Shown: positions 44,733 to 54,283, numbered from the stretch's first letter. The stretch: DNA of 64,000 nucleotides from Rhodothermales bacterium (GCA_034439735.1 JAWXAX010000166.1:13355-77354); one strand, 5' to 3'. Notes: a model not told the origin generated them from the sequence alone. Made by a program: numbers and translations.

Positions 44733-45719
44733 ATGGTAGATCTGTTGGCAGGGGGCGGAATCGCCCTCATCTTGCTCATTCTTTTTTTCCTGATTTTGTT
44801 TCTCTATTACATCCCAGTGAACCTGTGGATCACAGCGTATTTCTCGGGTGTTCGGCTGAGACTGATTCGGGATCTGGTGGGCATGCGGCTTCGCAAAGTG
44901 CCGCCGGCATCTATCGTGAAACCGCTGATCACCGCGCATAAAGCCGGCATCTTCGTCGATCCAGGCGAGTTGGAGGCGCACTACCTCGCAGGAGGTCGCG
45001 TTCAGCAGGTCGTGAATGCACTGATCTCGGCCGACAAAGCAAACATCGATCTGTCCTTCAAACAGGCAACGGGCATCGACCTTGCCGGCCGCGATGTGTT
45101 CGAAGCCGTCCAGGTGTCGGTAAATCCCAAGGTCATCGAAACGCCGGCCGTGTCGGCTGTGGCCAAGGATGGCATCCAGGTGCGCGCCATTGCACGTGTC
45201 ACCGTGCGTGCGAACATCGATCGACTCGTTGGCGGCGCCGGCGAGGAGACCATCATCGCGCGTGTCGGAGAAGGGATCGTATCCACCATCGGCTCCTCGG
45301 CCACGCACAAAGAGGTACTCGAAAATCCTGATTCGATCTCCAAGGTGGTGCTCTCCAAAGGCCTTGATTCTGGTACGGCTTTTGAAATTCTTTCGATCGA
45401 TATCGCCGACGTTGACGTAGGCGAAAACATCGGTGCGAAGTTACAGACTGATCAGGCCGAAGCCGACCTCAAAGTGGCCCAGGCAAAAGCCGAAGAGCGC
45501 CGCGCCGCCGCTGTAGCAAAGGAACAGGAAATGATGGCCACGGTGGTGGAGCAACGCGCGAAGCTGGTGGCTGCCGAGGCACAAGTACCGCTGGCCATTG
45601 CGGAAGCGTTCCGCTCAGGGAATCTGGGCATCATGGATTATTACGCGCTCCGTAACCTGCAGGCCGATACCCGGATGCGTAATGCGATCGGTGGTGAAGA
45701 AGAAGGCCCCTCAACCTAA
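44733..45719 (+). CDS. floA: Flotillin-like protein FloA (UPF0365/YqfA family)
   Basis: The ATG at 44733 gives the TM '[33 protein letters not shown]'. '[11 protein letters not shown]', '[29 protein letters not shown]', '[13 protein letters not shown]'. The ORF-track start at 44601 overlaps moaC. Confidence 0.9.
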   Translation: MVDLLAGGGIALILLILFFLILFLYYIPVNLWITAYFSGVRLRLIRDLVGMRLRKVPPASIVKPLITAHKAGIFVDPGELEAHYLAGGRVQQVVNALISADKANIDLSFKQATGIDLAGRDVFEAVQVSVNPKVIETPAVSAVAKDGIQVRAIARVTVRANIDRLVGGAGEETIIARVGEGIVSTIGSSATHKEVLENPDSISKVVLSKGLDSGTAFEILSIDIADVDVGENIGAKLQTDQAEADLKVAQAKAEERRAAAVAKEQEMMATVVEQRAKLVAAEAQVPLAIAEAFRSGNLGIMDYYALRNLQADTRMRNAIGGEEEGPST

Positions 45720-45749
45720 AGGCGCATCTCGACCTATGCGCAGCGCGAA

Positions 45750-46313
45750 ATGCTAGGATATATGTCTGAAAAGGATCGCGTGTTAAGCCGCCTGTCGCGT
45801 TTCACGGCCTTTGCTTCGCTGGGTGTCATAGGCACCACCCAGGATCTGGCCCGTCTCGCACTCGATCATGTCGAAAACTCTGACCCCGAAAAAGTCGCCG
45901 AGGAGACGTTGTGCCTGGTCGCCGTGACAACGGCGCGGGCGGCCGAAGTGGGATTACGGCAGGAGCAGCAGATATCGAGTGTTGTGGTGCCGACGCTTCT
46001 CGATCTGCCCTTTGCGTATAGGGATTACCTGGTGGGCGGCGCCATGATCACGCAACGCGACACCACGTTGCTGGATGCCAATGAGACGGCGTATAAACGC
46101 CTGCAGACCATTCGCTCTTTCTACACCGGAAATTTCGTGGAAAACCGGTTTCCCGCTGAATCGCTCGTTCGTGCTAAAATGGAAAACTGGATCGAGCGGT
46201 ACAGCCTACCCTCACTGGCGATCACGCCGGCAGAGCGCCTGGAGAAACACGGCTTTGTTGGCCTGCTCATGACGCATCTCAAACTTATGCTCGCATTCGG
46301 CCGGCAGGGGTGA
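45750..46313 (+). CDS. Hypothetical protein
   Basis: 187-aa ORF with coding-like composition and no recognisable motif. Confidence 0.5.
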   Translation: MLGYMSEKDRVLSRLSRFTAFASLGVIGTTQDLARLALDHVENSDPEKVAEETLCLVAVTTARAAEVGLRQEQQISSVVVPTLLDLPFAYRDYLVGGAMITQRDTTLLDANETAYKRLQTIRSFYTGNFVENRFPAESLVRAKMENWIERYSLPSLAITPAERLEKHGFVGLLMTHLKLMLAFGRQG

Positions 46314-46531
46314 TCGTTGTCCTGCAGCCGGGACCCCTTCCGTGAGTATTCTGCAAAGAGTGACGGAAACTGTAGGGGATTATGCCGCCAGAGGCTTGAT
46401 TTCGCCGGCGTTTTGATTTTATTACCCTACGGTCTTGTTCGGATTTCGGTCGATGCGAAACGGACGATGCGCAGCACATCAGCATCCCGTAAGACCCGTC
46501 GATCCTGGCACATCGTCTACAGGGTATTCCT

Positions 46532-46822
46532 ATGCGTGTTCTGCACGAGGTATCTATCAACGGCCTCATCGGCCTGGGTTACGCGGAAATCGTCCAAACG
46601 CCTGATCACCTGGAAGAGTGCCGCGGCGTGATCGTGTTTGATGAGGAGGTGGATGCTGAAGCGTTGGAGCGGGCGATAACGAAGAAGGAGGGTGTATACA
46701 GCGGCGTCGTCTACGCGAATGCGCTGGAGTCTATGGCCACGTTTCCCGTGGAGATCCGGCACGTCGAATGCGAGACGTCGGAGCCCGGAGCGACGTTTGT
46801 AGCGAGCACTCGGCTCGTATAG
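46532..46822 (+). CDS. Hypothetical small protein
   Basis: 96-aa ORF after a 218-bp A/T-richer spacer. No motif recognised, so coding status is uncertain. Confidence 0.4.
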   Translation: MRVLHEVSINGLIGLGYAEIVQTPDHLEECRGVIVFDEEVDAEALERAITKKEGVYSGVVYANALESMATFPVEIRHVECETSEPGATFVASTRLV

Positions 46823-46839
46823 AACGCGGAGCGAGGGGA

Positions 46840-47619
46840 CTATCGACCACTAAATCGGGCCGCACGTCGGCCTAAAAAGGCCTCGACACCTTCCTTGAAG
46901 TCGTGCGTGGCGCAGGCACGCCCGAACAGCGTCGCCTCTTGCCGTAGGCCTTCGGCGAGAGGGAGCTCCGCGGCGCGGCTGGCTTCGAGTGCGTAGGCTA
47001 CGGCGAGTGGCGCTTTGGCACCGATCAGGTGCACCATCCGCCGGGCCTCGTCAAGCAGTGACTCGGGCGGGACGACTTTGTTGGCTAGGCCTATTTCATA
47101 GGCGCGGCGCGCGTCGATCCGCTCACCTGTAAGAATCAGTTCGAGAGCGATGCCATGGCCGACGATGCGGGGTAATCGCTGGGTGCCGCCATACCCGGGG
47201 ATGATCCCGAGGTTGACTTCCGGCTGCCCGAAGGAAGCGGTCTCCGAAGCGATGCGCAGGTGGCAGGCGAGCGCCAGTTCGCAGCCGCCACCGAGTGCGA
47301 ACCCGTTTACGGCGGCGACGACGGGTTTGGAGAGGCCTTCGATGCGATTAAACACGGCCTGGCCGGCCAGAGCGAAACGATACCCGCTCTCGCCATCGAG
47401 CGTGGTGAACTGCTTGATGTCCGCACCCGCGACAAAACTCTTGGGGCCGGCGCCGGTAAGCACGACACCCGCCACCGCGGGGTCCTGTTCGGCGTCGCCG
47501 AATGCCTGTGTTAGCTCATCCAGCACGACGGCCGTGAGCGCGTTGAGCGATTCGGGGCGGTTGATCGTGATGGTGGCGACGCGGTCGTCCACCGCATAAA
47601 GCAGGGTGTCGAAAGCCAT
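46840..47619 (-). CDS. Enoyl-CoA hydratase/isomerase (crotonase) family protein
   Basis: 'ATITINRPESLNAL', 'VVLTGAGPKSFVAGADI', 'PVVAAVNGFALGGGCELALACH', 'FGQPEVNLGIIPGYGGTQRLPR'. Confidence 0.92.
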   Translation of the reverse strand: MAFDTLLYAVDDRVATITINRPESLNALTAVVLDELTQAFGDAEQDPAVAGVVLTGAGPKSFVAGADIKQFTTLDGESGYRFALAGQAVFNRIEGLSKPVVAAVNGFALGGGCELALACHLRIASETASFGQPEVNLGIIPGYGGTQRLPRIVGHGIALELILTGERIDARRAYEIGLANKVVPPESLLDEARRMVHLIGAKAPLAVAYALEASRAAELPLAEGLRQEATLFGRACATHDFKEGVEAFLGRRAARFSGR

Positions 47620-47641
47620 AAGAGGGGCCGGAGAGCGGGGA

Positions 47642-48508
47642 TCAGGAACGCGTGCGGTTTCGCGTCGCCGGCGGCTCGGATTCGTCTTCCAGATCGTACG
47701 AATCCATCTCGCTGAGCAGGTCGGTCGGGTTGGCGAACACTTCTTCGATCTCCTCGACCGAGGCCTCGGTTTCCTCGACCTCCGATAGCAACGTGTCCAG
47801 CTGGAAGGTGATCGCCTCCGGATCTCGCAAGGTCAGCGATTGCTCGTGGATGTATTTGATGACGTCCTCAATCGTGGCGAGCTGCGCCTCGATGATCTCC
47901 AGGTTTTCCTTACTCCGCTTGAATCGTTCGAGCCGCTGTTCGAGGATTTTGAGGTGGCGTTCCTTGATGGCGCGTACGCGTGGAGTCAGTTCAGCCAGCG
48001 TGGATCGGACCGTCTCGATGGCGCGGGCAACCTCCTTTTCGGCGCCGCTCTGCGAGGAGTATTCGTACCGTTCTTTCTGGTAGAGCAGCTTCAGGTAAGA
48101 CTCGATGAGCCCATTGATCTTGCTGATGTGGCTATCGAGCAATCCCTGAGACGCGTAACTCATCTTCCGGTAGTTGGACTGGATATCGGTCTGCAACTTC
48201 CGTAACCGGGCGAAGCGTCGCTGGCTGTATTTCGTCAGCAGCTGATAAATTTCCTTCTGCGTTGGCGGTTTGCTCTTCTCGCGCTCATGCTGGGAGCGGA
48301 TGAGCCGTTTAAATCGTTCCTGGCGTGGGACGATGCCGAGGTACATGAGTTCGACCGCGGCGGCCAGGATGAGGATGATGTTAAACCACGAGCCGGCGCC
48401 GGCCTCACCGCTCAAGAAGAACGCCACGAGCATCGAGCTGATCAAGAAACCGAGGTTCCATGGGCTCAGAAAGGCTTCTTTCGTGAAGTTGATTTCAGCA
48501 TCGTTCAT
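47642..48508 (-). CDS. Membrane-anchored (2 TM) long coiled-coil protein, third gene of the PspA unit
   Basis: The ATG at 48508 ('MNDAEINF...') gives the TMs 'WNLGFLISSMLVAFFL' and 'WFNIILILAAAVELMYLGIV', then about 200 aa of heptad-like helix and an acidic tail. The ORF-track start at 48778 would run across the 73-nt gap and into the 3' end of the upstream gene (48582-49121) with Arg/Pro-rich junk. Confidence 0.65.
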   Translation of the reverse strand: MNDAEINFTKEAFLSPWNLGFLISSMLVAFFLSGEAGAGSWFNIILILAAAVELMYLGIVPRQERFKRLIRSQHEREKSKPPTQKEIYQLLTKYSQRRFARLRKLQTDIQSNYRKMSYASQGLLDSHISKINGLIESYLKLLYQKERYEYSSQSGAEKEVARAIETVRSTLAELTPRVRAIKERHLKILEQRLERFKRSKENLEIIEAQLATIEDVIKYIHEQSLTLRDPEAITFQLDTLLSEVEETEASVEEIEEVFANPTDLLSEMDSYDLEDESEPPATRNRTRS

Positions 48509-48581
48509 GGGCGAAGAAGCGACGATATCCGGCGTGTGCGTGGGCGAATCGTAGAACGAATCGCGAGGAGCGGGTACAGCG

Positions 48582-49121
48582 TTAGCGGCGAAATCGGCCG
48601 ATAGTTTTCTCCGGGCCGGACTTCGGGGTGGACGCAGTATCTGATTCAGTGCTTGAATCAGTGTCCGACCCACTGGTTGATCTGGCCGGGTGCTCGGTGG
48701 CTCCCCTGTTGGTACGTGAGGGTGCGACGTTTGACGACGGGTCTTGTTTCTGGCCGGCGGGCGGCAAACCCATCTCAATTTTAATCTGATTGATCAACGA
48801 ACTGGCGCGAAGTTTTTCCAGTTCCGCCTCTGCGGCCGCCCGGGCCTGTCGAGCCTCTTCGGTGTCTTCTGGTTCAATGGGCGTTTCCGACAGCGCCATG
48901 TCCAGCTTGACCTCCTGACGCACAGTATCAAGCGCCAGTCGTTCTATCATCTCGTCGTGTGTGCGAGAGATGTCGACGCCCGGGGCGTCCTGCATCTCCT
49001 TGAGCGCCCGATTGATCGTCTGCATCCGCTGGGCGGCGCGAAGCTGTTCCTTTAGCTTCTTGAGCGCAAGAAGATGCTCTTTCTCGGCTCGTTTGATGCG
49101 CTCGAATTCCTCAGGCGTCAT
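48582..49121 (-). CDS. PspA C-terminal-half paralogue (coiled-coil protein)
   Basis: 'VDISRTHDEMIERLALDTVRQEVKLDMALSE' aligns with PspA 'VDQTHDEMVQRINEQSAKNEARIEMALDS'. 'LRASSLINQIKIEMGL...KTIGRFRR' aligns with PspA 'IRASELVKQFKLEMGM...KTIGKQRS'. It starts 6 nt after the pspA stop. Confidence 0.65.
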   Translation of the reverse strand: MTPEEFERIKRAEKEHLLALKKLKEQLRAAQRMQTINRALKEMQDAPGVDISRTHDEMIERLALDTVRQEVKLDMALSETPIEPEDTEEARQARAAAEAELEKLRASSLINQIKIEMGLPPAGQKQDPSSNVAPSRTNRGATEHPARSTSGSDTDSSTESDTASTPKSGPEKTIGRFRR

Positions 49122-49127
49122 GGTCGA

Positions 49128-49904
49128 TTACTCCGATTGAGACCGCTGTTTGCCGATCGTTTTGCTTCCCTGTTCAGCCTCGCGCTCGGGAAGATCCAGC
49201 GAGGGGCTCCCTTCGCGCCCACGGGTATCCCCGCCACCCATACCCATCTCGAGTTTAAACTGTTTTACCAACTCGGACGCGCGGATCGATTCGGCGTCCT
49301 CTTCGATGCGGAGGGCCTCGCTGTCGAACGAATCCAACGCCATTTCGATACGGGCTTCGTTTTTGGCGGACTGTTCGTTGATCCGCTGCACCATCTCGTC
49401 GTGGGTCTGGTCCACGCCGCCCACTTCGAACTGCTCCATGGCGTCGGCCACCTTGGCCTGCCACTTCGAACGTTCGTGCGCGCGAAGCGCCTCTTTGGCT
49501 TCCTGGATCTTGCGGTCCTTTTCCCGCATGAACGCCTTTTTGACCTGGATCGACTTATCGTAGGCGACGGAAGCGTATTTGAGTTGCTCCTTGGACCGAT
49601 CGAGGGTGTCCTTCGCTTTTTCGAGCTGGATCGCGTAGCGCTCCGCCAGATCGTCCCGGCCGGCCTGGATGCCCGCCTTGATCTTGGACGTCAGATCGGC
49701 AATCTCGCGTTCCACGCGGCGGACTTCCTTTTCGAGCAGTACCACGCTGGCTTTCACCGTCGCGATATTCTCGTTCATCTTGGGGACCTGGTCGTTCAGC
49801 TCCCGGATGTTCTGTTCCAGGATCAGACGTGGATCTTCGAGCGCAGAGATCGCGCCGCCAAAGACAGATTTAACCCAGCGAGAAAAACGGGACCAGACAG
49901 ACAT
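49128..49904 (-). CDS. pspA: PspA/IM30-family protein
   Basis: 'MSVWSRFSRWVKSVFGGAISALEDPRLILEQNIRELNDQVPKMNENIATVKA' is the typical PspA/IM30 N-terminus. All-helical coiled coil. Confidence 0.88.
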   Translation of the reverse strand: MSVWSRFSRWVKSVFGGAISALEDPRLILEQNIRELNDQVPKMNENIATVKASVVLLEKEVRRVEREIADLTSKIKAGIQAGRDDLAERYAIQLEKAKDTLDRSKEQLKYASVAYDKSIQVKKAFMREKDRKIQEAKEALRAHERSKWQAKVADAMEQFEVGGVDQTHDEMVQRINEQSAKNEARIEMALDSFDSEALRIEEDAESIRASELVKQFKLEMGMGGGDTRGREGSPSLDLPEREAEQGSKTIGKQRSQSE

Positions 49905-50015
49905 GGAACGGTGTGCGTAAGGTTGTGTGTGATCGTGCTAAACGCACGCAATATAACGCATGGACGTTTAACGAACACGTTCTCCGTAAAGATGCACCCT
50001 GTCGGTATTTTGCAC

Positions 50016-51356
50016 CTACCGAGTGGACGCCCAGCTCCCGCCGGCGTATCGATCCATGAGCAGCTTCGGGGAGGTGACGGGTGCCGGCCCGATCGTGAAG
50101 GCGCCCAGCAGGTGCTGGCGTACGGCATCCACCTGCGCTTCGCGATGTGTGAACAATGTCAGCAGGGGCTCGCCGGGAACGATGGGTGCGCCTGGTGGGG
50201 CATGGAGGACGAGGCCGGCGGCCGGGTCGACGCGGTCCTCCTTGCGCAAACGGCCGGCGCCCAGAGCCACCGCCGCCTGGCCAAAAGCGAGCGCGTCGAC
50301 GTCGTTAACATACCCCTGCCAGTCGGGCGGAGCGGACACAACGATGGCCGGCGCGCCGGGGTATCGATAGTCGGGCCGGTCGACGACGGATGCATCGCCG
50401 CCCTGGGCTTCGATGAGGCGCACGAAGCGATCGAGGGCGGCACCGGAGGCGATAGCCTGCCGCGCCATCTCCGCACCGTCTTCCGGCGAGCCGGCGACCT
50501 CTCCGAGGTGTAACATCTCGCCGGCGAGGGTGCAAGTGAGCGCCATCAGGGCGCCGCCGTCGTCACCGCGCAGGCACCGGATGCTTTCGGCAACCTCCGG
50601 CCAGTTGCCCACCGCGAGGCCCAGGGGTACGTCCATCCGTGTGAGCCAGCTGACGGTGGGTTTGCCGTGGCGCTCGCCGATGCCGGTGAGGGTTTCGGCG
50701 AGCCGTCGCGCGTCGGCCTCGCTTTGCATGAACGCGCCGCGCCCGCATTTGACATCGAGAACAAGTGCGTCTATGCCCTCCGCGAGCTTCTTACTCATGA
50801 TGGAAGACGCGATGAACGGGGTGAAGTCGACCGTGCCCGTGACATCGCGGAGGGCGTACAACTTGCGGTCGGCCGGCGCGATGTCGGCCGTCTGCCCAAT
50901 CATCACGACGCCCAGGTCGGCCAGTTGATGGCGGTAGGCGTCGAGCGAAAGGCTGGTGCTGAAGCCCGGAATGCTCTCTAGTTTGTCGAGCGTTCCGCCG
51001 CTGTGCCCGAGGCCGCGGCCGGAGATCATCGGGACCGGCACCCCGCAGGCGGCGACGAGGGGGGCCAGGATGAGCGATACTTTATCGCCAACGCCGCCGG
51101 TCGAGTGTTTATCTACCTTTTTCCCGGGGATATCGGACAGATCCAGGACGACGCCGGAGTAGAGCATGGCGTCGGTCAGGGCGGCCGTTTCGCGTTCGTC
51201 CATACCCTGGAAATACGCCGCCATCAGGAAGGCGCTCATCTGATAATCGGGTACATCGCCGGCGGTGTAGGCCTGTACCAGCTGCCATAGGTCGGGCGAT
51301 GAGAGGGCCTGACCGTTTCGTTTGGCGAGGATGAGCTGTACGGGGTTGACGTCCAT
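50016..51356 (-). CDS. deoA: Thymidine (pyrimidine-nucleoside) phosphorylase
   Basis: 'LILAKRNGQALS', 'DYQMSAFLMAAYFQGM', 'VDKHSTGGVGDKVSL', 'SGRGLGHSGGTLDKLE', 'DVKCGRGAFM'. Confidence 0.93.
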   Translation of the reverse strand: MDVNPVQLILAKRNGQALSSPDLWQLVQAYTAGDVPDYQMSAFLMAAYFQGMDERETAALTDAMLYSGVVLDLSDIPGKKVDKHSTGGVGDKVSLILAPLVAACGVPVPMISGRGLGHSGGTLDKLESIPGFSTSLSLDAYRHQLADLGVVMIGQTADIAPADRKLYALRDVTGTVDFTPFIASSIMSKKLAEGIDALVLDVKCGRGAFMQSEADARRLAETLTGIGERHGKPTVSWLTRMDVPLGLAVGNWPEVAESIRCLRGDDGGALMALTCTLAGEMLHLGEVAGSPEDGAEMARQAIASGAALDRFVRLIEAQGGDASVVDRPDYRYPGAPAIVVSAPPDWQGYVNDVDALAFGQAAVALGAGRLRKEDRVDPAAGLVLHAPPGAPIVPGEPLLTLFTHREAQVDAVRQHLLGAFTIGPAPVTSPKLLMDRYAGGSWASTR

Positions 51357-51388
51357 GGGCGCTGTTGTCGTCTGGCCGTGATCGTCTG

Positions 51389-51422
51389 AAAAATAAAAAG
51401 GCGACCCGCGCTGCGGATCGCC
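51389..51422 (-). terminator. Rho-independent terminator of L31 gene
   Basis: Minus strand reads GGCGATCCGC-AGC-GCGGGTCGCC (10 pairs including one G-U), followed by TTTTTATTTTT. Confidence 0.8.
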
Positions 51423-51464
51423 TTGATATCGAAGCGGACAGGCCCGCGCACGAGCCGGCGGAAG

Positions 51465-51704
51465 TTATTCCGTCGCTGTCGAGTCCGCCACTTTGGGGGC
51501 GGCCTTCGCGTAACGGCGGTTGAATTTTTCCACGCGGCCGGCGGTATCGACGTACTGGCGACGACCCGTGTAAAACGGATGGTTCGTCGAGTCGACTTCC
51601 GACGAGTACGTGTCGGAATCCATTGTCGAACGGGTCTGGATCGTGGTGCCATCCGCCAGTTTGACGGTGATCATCTTGTAGTTCGGATGGATATCTTTTT
51701 TCAT
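51465..51704 (-). CDS. rpmE: 50S ribosomal protein L31 (type B, no Cys motif)
   Basis: The ATG at 51704 gives 'MKKDIHPNYKMITVKLADGT...STNHPFYTG...VDTAGRVEKFNRRY'. No CxxC is present, so it is type B. Confidence 0.9.
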   Translation of the reverse strand: MKKDIHPNYKMITVKLADGTTIQTRSTMDSDTYSSEVDSTNHPFYTGRRQYVDTAGRVEKFNRRYAKAAPKVADSTATE

Positions 51705-51840
51705 GGTATCAGCGTGCTGTGCAGCGTACAAACGTCGAAATAGCGTGCATCTGTACTCGTCATGGATCGGCAGGTTTCCAGCGCCCCTCGCTCCATCAAG
51801 GCTCCACGGTTTTTTAATGTTGCCCGGCGCGTGACGGACG

Positions 51841-54198
51841 TTAGAATTCGATCTTATAACTTAGCACAGGGAGGGGGAAGCCCTCGCGCAGGGTTTCGAC
51901 GGCGCTCCGGAGGTAGTTAAAGTCGAAATAACGATCCTTCGCTCCGAGTGCATTCTTAACCTGCAGGGCCCACACGTGCGATTTTTCCGGCCGATCGATG
52001 CGGTATGTGACGGTAAAATCGACAAGAAAGGTAGCCGGCCAACGCGCATCGAAGGGGCTGTTTTCGTCGAGGACAACCTGTTCTTCCTGGATGGATGCGG
52101 CGTGGTCGATAGGGCTGTAGCGTTTGCCGCCGAGGCCGATAAGCCGGCCATTGACACCGAGTGTGCGTCGACCACCCCGGAGGGCGATTTCTTTGCCGGC
52201 AAGGGCGTTGATGGCATACCCGCGGTCGAACCGGGAGCCACGCCAGACGCCATCGCCGCCCCGGTAACGGGCATCGAACAGGGATGCAGTGAGGAGGTAG
52301 TAATAGCCGTCACGCAGGAAGCGTTCGAGCGTAAACTCGATGCCGGCATTGGCGCCGGCGCCGGCATTCGTGAGCGCCGCGTTGAAACCCCAGTCCTGCT
52401 CGAAGTTGAGCATCGAGTACGAGCTGTCCGGCGTCACGGGGATATTGAACAGGTGCTGGTAGTAGGTTTCGATCTTGATGCGGCGGACGTCAGAGAGGGC
52501 GAGGTCGTACCCGAGGACGAAGTGATGGGCGCGTGCCAGGCCGAGTGCACCGTTGTCTGGCCGGCCGTCGCCGTTTGGATCGGCGAAGTAGATGCGGAGC
52601 TCTTCGGTCTGGCTGTGGCGGCCGATGCCGAGGCTGAGGGTCTGGCGGCGGCTCGCCTGCCATTGTAGGGCGAAGCGAGGTTCGATCGCGCCGCTGCCCG
52701 TGAGGCCGAAGCGGGTCGCATGGACCCCGAGGGCGAGCGTGAGCCGGTCCGTCGGCCGGAAACGAGACTGGGCGCCGGCTTCGAGCAGGTAGGCCTGGCC
52801 GTCGCCGGCGGCCAATGTGACGGCCGGCGGCTGCTGGTCGGGTGCGTCGCGAAGCGTCAAGTCGTACCCGAGTCGATGGACGGAGAGGCTCACCTCGTGG
52901 GTATGGCGCGCGCTGAACTTGTGGTTGAGCTGCACGCTGGCCGTGGCGCGGGTATCACGCGAATCGATTAATAGGTCGGGTTGCCGCTGGAGCGAATCGT
53001 CGAGGCGCACCCAGTCCCACAGGGTCCGATTGATCGATGCCGCGAGCCGGGACTGGAGGTAGGTTCGGGCGCCGAGGAGCGCGTGGTGTGTGACGCCGGC
53101 GACGCCGATGTCGAGTTTGAGGTCGGAATCCACGCGATCCCAGAAATCATACTCCCAGGCCGTCGAGTCCATCGTGGCGCGCTGGGATTGGCGGTCGCTG
53201 CCGCCCATTCCCCACAGGCTGAACCGGCCGGCACGACGGGTCGGGATGTTGACATGGAACGCGAGGTCCTGGAAGGTCGTGGCGGATTCGGTGGGGAGAA
53301 GGGGGAGGAGGAGGCCGAGGGTAGAGTAGCGATAATTGATCAGGTAGGAGGCATCGCCGCCGGCGTGAAAGGGTCCTTCCGAGGCCGCCTCGACGCCGAT
53401 GAGGCCCAGCTGGAGGGTATGCTCCCGTCGGGAGGCGTTGCCCGGGCGGAACTGCATGTCGAATACGCCGGCGAGCGCATTGCCGAAGGCGGCGGGGAAG
53501 GCCCCTGTCATCACGTCGGACGAAGCGAGCAATTGACTGCTAAAGAGCGTGAGGCCGCCGCCGCCGGCCACACTGAGTCCGGCGAAGTGGTTTGGATTCG
53601 GGATCTCGACCCCCTGGAGCCGCCATTGTACGCCTTTGGGGCTGTGGCCGCGGATGGACAGCGCATTGTCCTGCACGCCGCCGGCCGAGGCGATGCCGGC
53701 AAAGGCGGAGGCCATGCGGGCCGGGTCGTCGAGGCCGCCGGCGTACCGACGGGTCTCCTCCACCGAAAAGGAGCGGGCGCTTACAAACGCCATTTCGTGG
53801 TGTGGACGATCCTTCTCCGCTCCCGCTTCGACAACGACTTCCTGCCCCTGGAGCACCTGTTCTTGCAGGGTGATGGATAGAAAGACCTCTTTTCCGGCGG
53901 TGACGAGCACTTCGGGGAGGAGTGCCGGCTCGAAGCCGAGGAAACTGGCGCGGATCTGTCGCCGGCCGACGGGTACGTGTGGCACTACGAACCGACCTTC
54001 GGAATCGGTCGTCGTACCCATTACGGGCTCGATACCCACGATAAGGATGTTGGCGCCCGGCAGGGGCGCGCGGGAATCGCGATCGAGGACGACCCCGCGG
54101 ACGGTCTGGAAGAGAGGAGGGGTCTGCTGAGCGCTGGCGGGATTCGGAAGGACACACAACGCTCCTGTAAGAAGCAGTAGCGGGACGAAAAAACGCAT
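51841..54198 (-). CDS. TonB-dependent receptor with CarboxypepD_reg-like N-terminal domain
   Basis: Signal peptide 'LLLLTGALCVLPNPASAQ'. 'VRGVVLDRDSRAPLPGANILIVG...TDSEGRFVVPHVPVG'. Plug-like 'GGLDDPARMASAFAGI...NALSIRG'. Long beta-barrel ending 'LSYKIEF'. Confidence 0.88.
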   Translation of the reverse strand: MRFFVPLLLLTGALCVLPNPASAQQTPPLFQTVRGVVLDRDSRAPLPGANILIVGIEPVMGTTTDSEGRFVVPHVPVGRRQIRASFLGFEPALLPEVLVTAGKEVFLSITLQEQVLQGQEVVVEAGAEKDRPHHEMAFVSARSFSVEETRRYAGGLDDPARMASAFAGIASAGGVQDNALSIRGHSPKGVQWRLQGVEIPNPNHFAGLSVAGGGGLTLFSSQLLASSDVMTGAFPAAFGNALAGVFDMQFRPGNASRREHTLQLGLIGVEAASEGPFHAGGDASYLINYRYSTLGLLLPLLPTESATTFQDLAFHVNIPTRRAGRFSLWGMGGSDRQSQRATMDSTAWEYDFWDRVDSDLKLDIGVAGVTHHALLGARTYLQSRLAASINRTLWDWVRLDDSLQRQPDLLIDSRDTRATASVQLNHKFSARHTHEVSLSVHRLGYDLTLRDAPDQQPPAVTLAAGDGQAYLLEAGAQSRFRPTDRLTLALGVHATRFGLTGSGAIEPRFALQWQASRRQTLSLGIGRHSQTEELRIYFADPNGDGRPDNGALGLARAHHFVLGYDLALSDVRRIKIETYYQHLFNIPVTPDSSYSMLNFEQDWGFNAALTNAGAGANAGIEFTLERFLRDGYYYLLTASLFDARYRGGDGVWRGSRFDRGYAINALAGKEIALRGGRRTLGVNGRLIGLGGKRYSPIDHAASIQEEQVVLDENSPFDARWPATFLVDFTVTYRIDRPEKSHVWALQVKNALGAKDRYFDFNYLRSAVETLREGFPLPVLSYKIEF

Positions 54199-54283
54199 GG
54201 TGAAATGGGCTATTGAGTGAATGAATCAACTCGAAACTAGCCGTTTGAGGCCCCGGCGTCGTCCTGTCCAGCGGGGCTGGACC

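Noticed and set aside
49905-50015. Sigma54 (-24 GG / -12 GC) promoter upstream of pspA, as in enterobacterial psp operons
   Set aside because: There is no TGGCAC-N5-TTGC-like element on the minus strand, and no PspF-type activator gene is nearby.
49074-50513. 479-aa plus-strand ORF spanning pspA, the intergenic region and the deoA 3' end
   Set aside because: It lies opposite two minus-strand genes with unmistakable PspA and thymidine phosphorylase motifs. It crosses their intergenic region and has low-complexity Arg/Leu/Gly composition, so it is a GC-rich shadow ORF.
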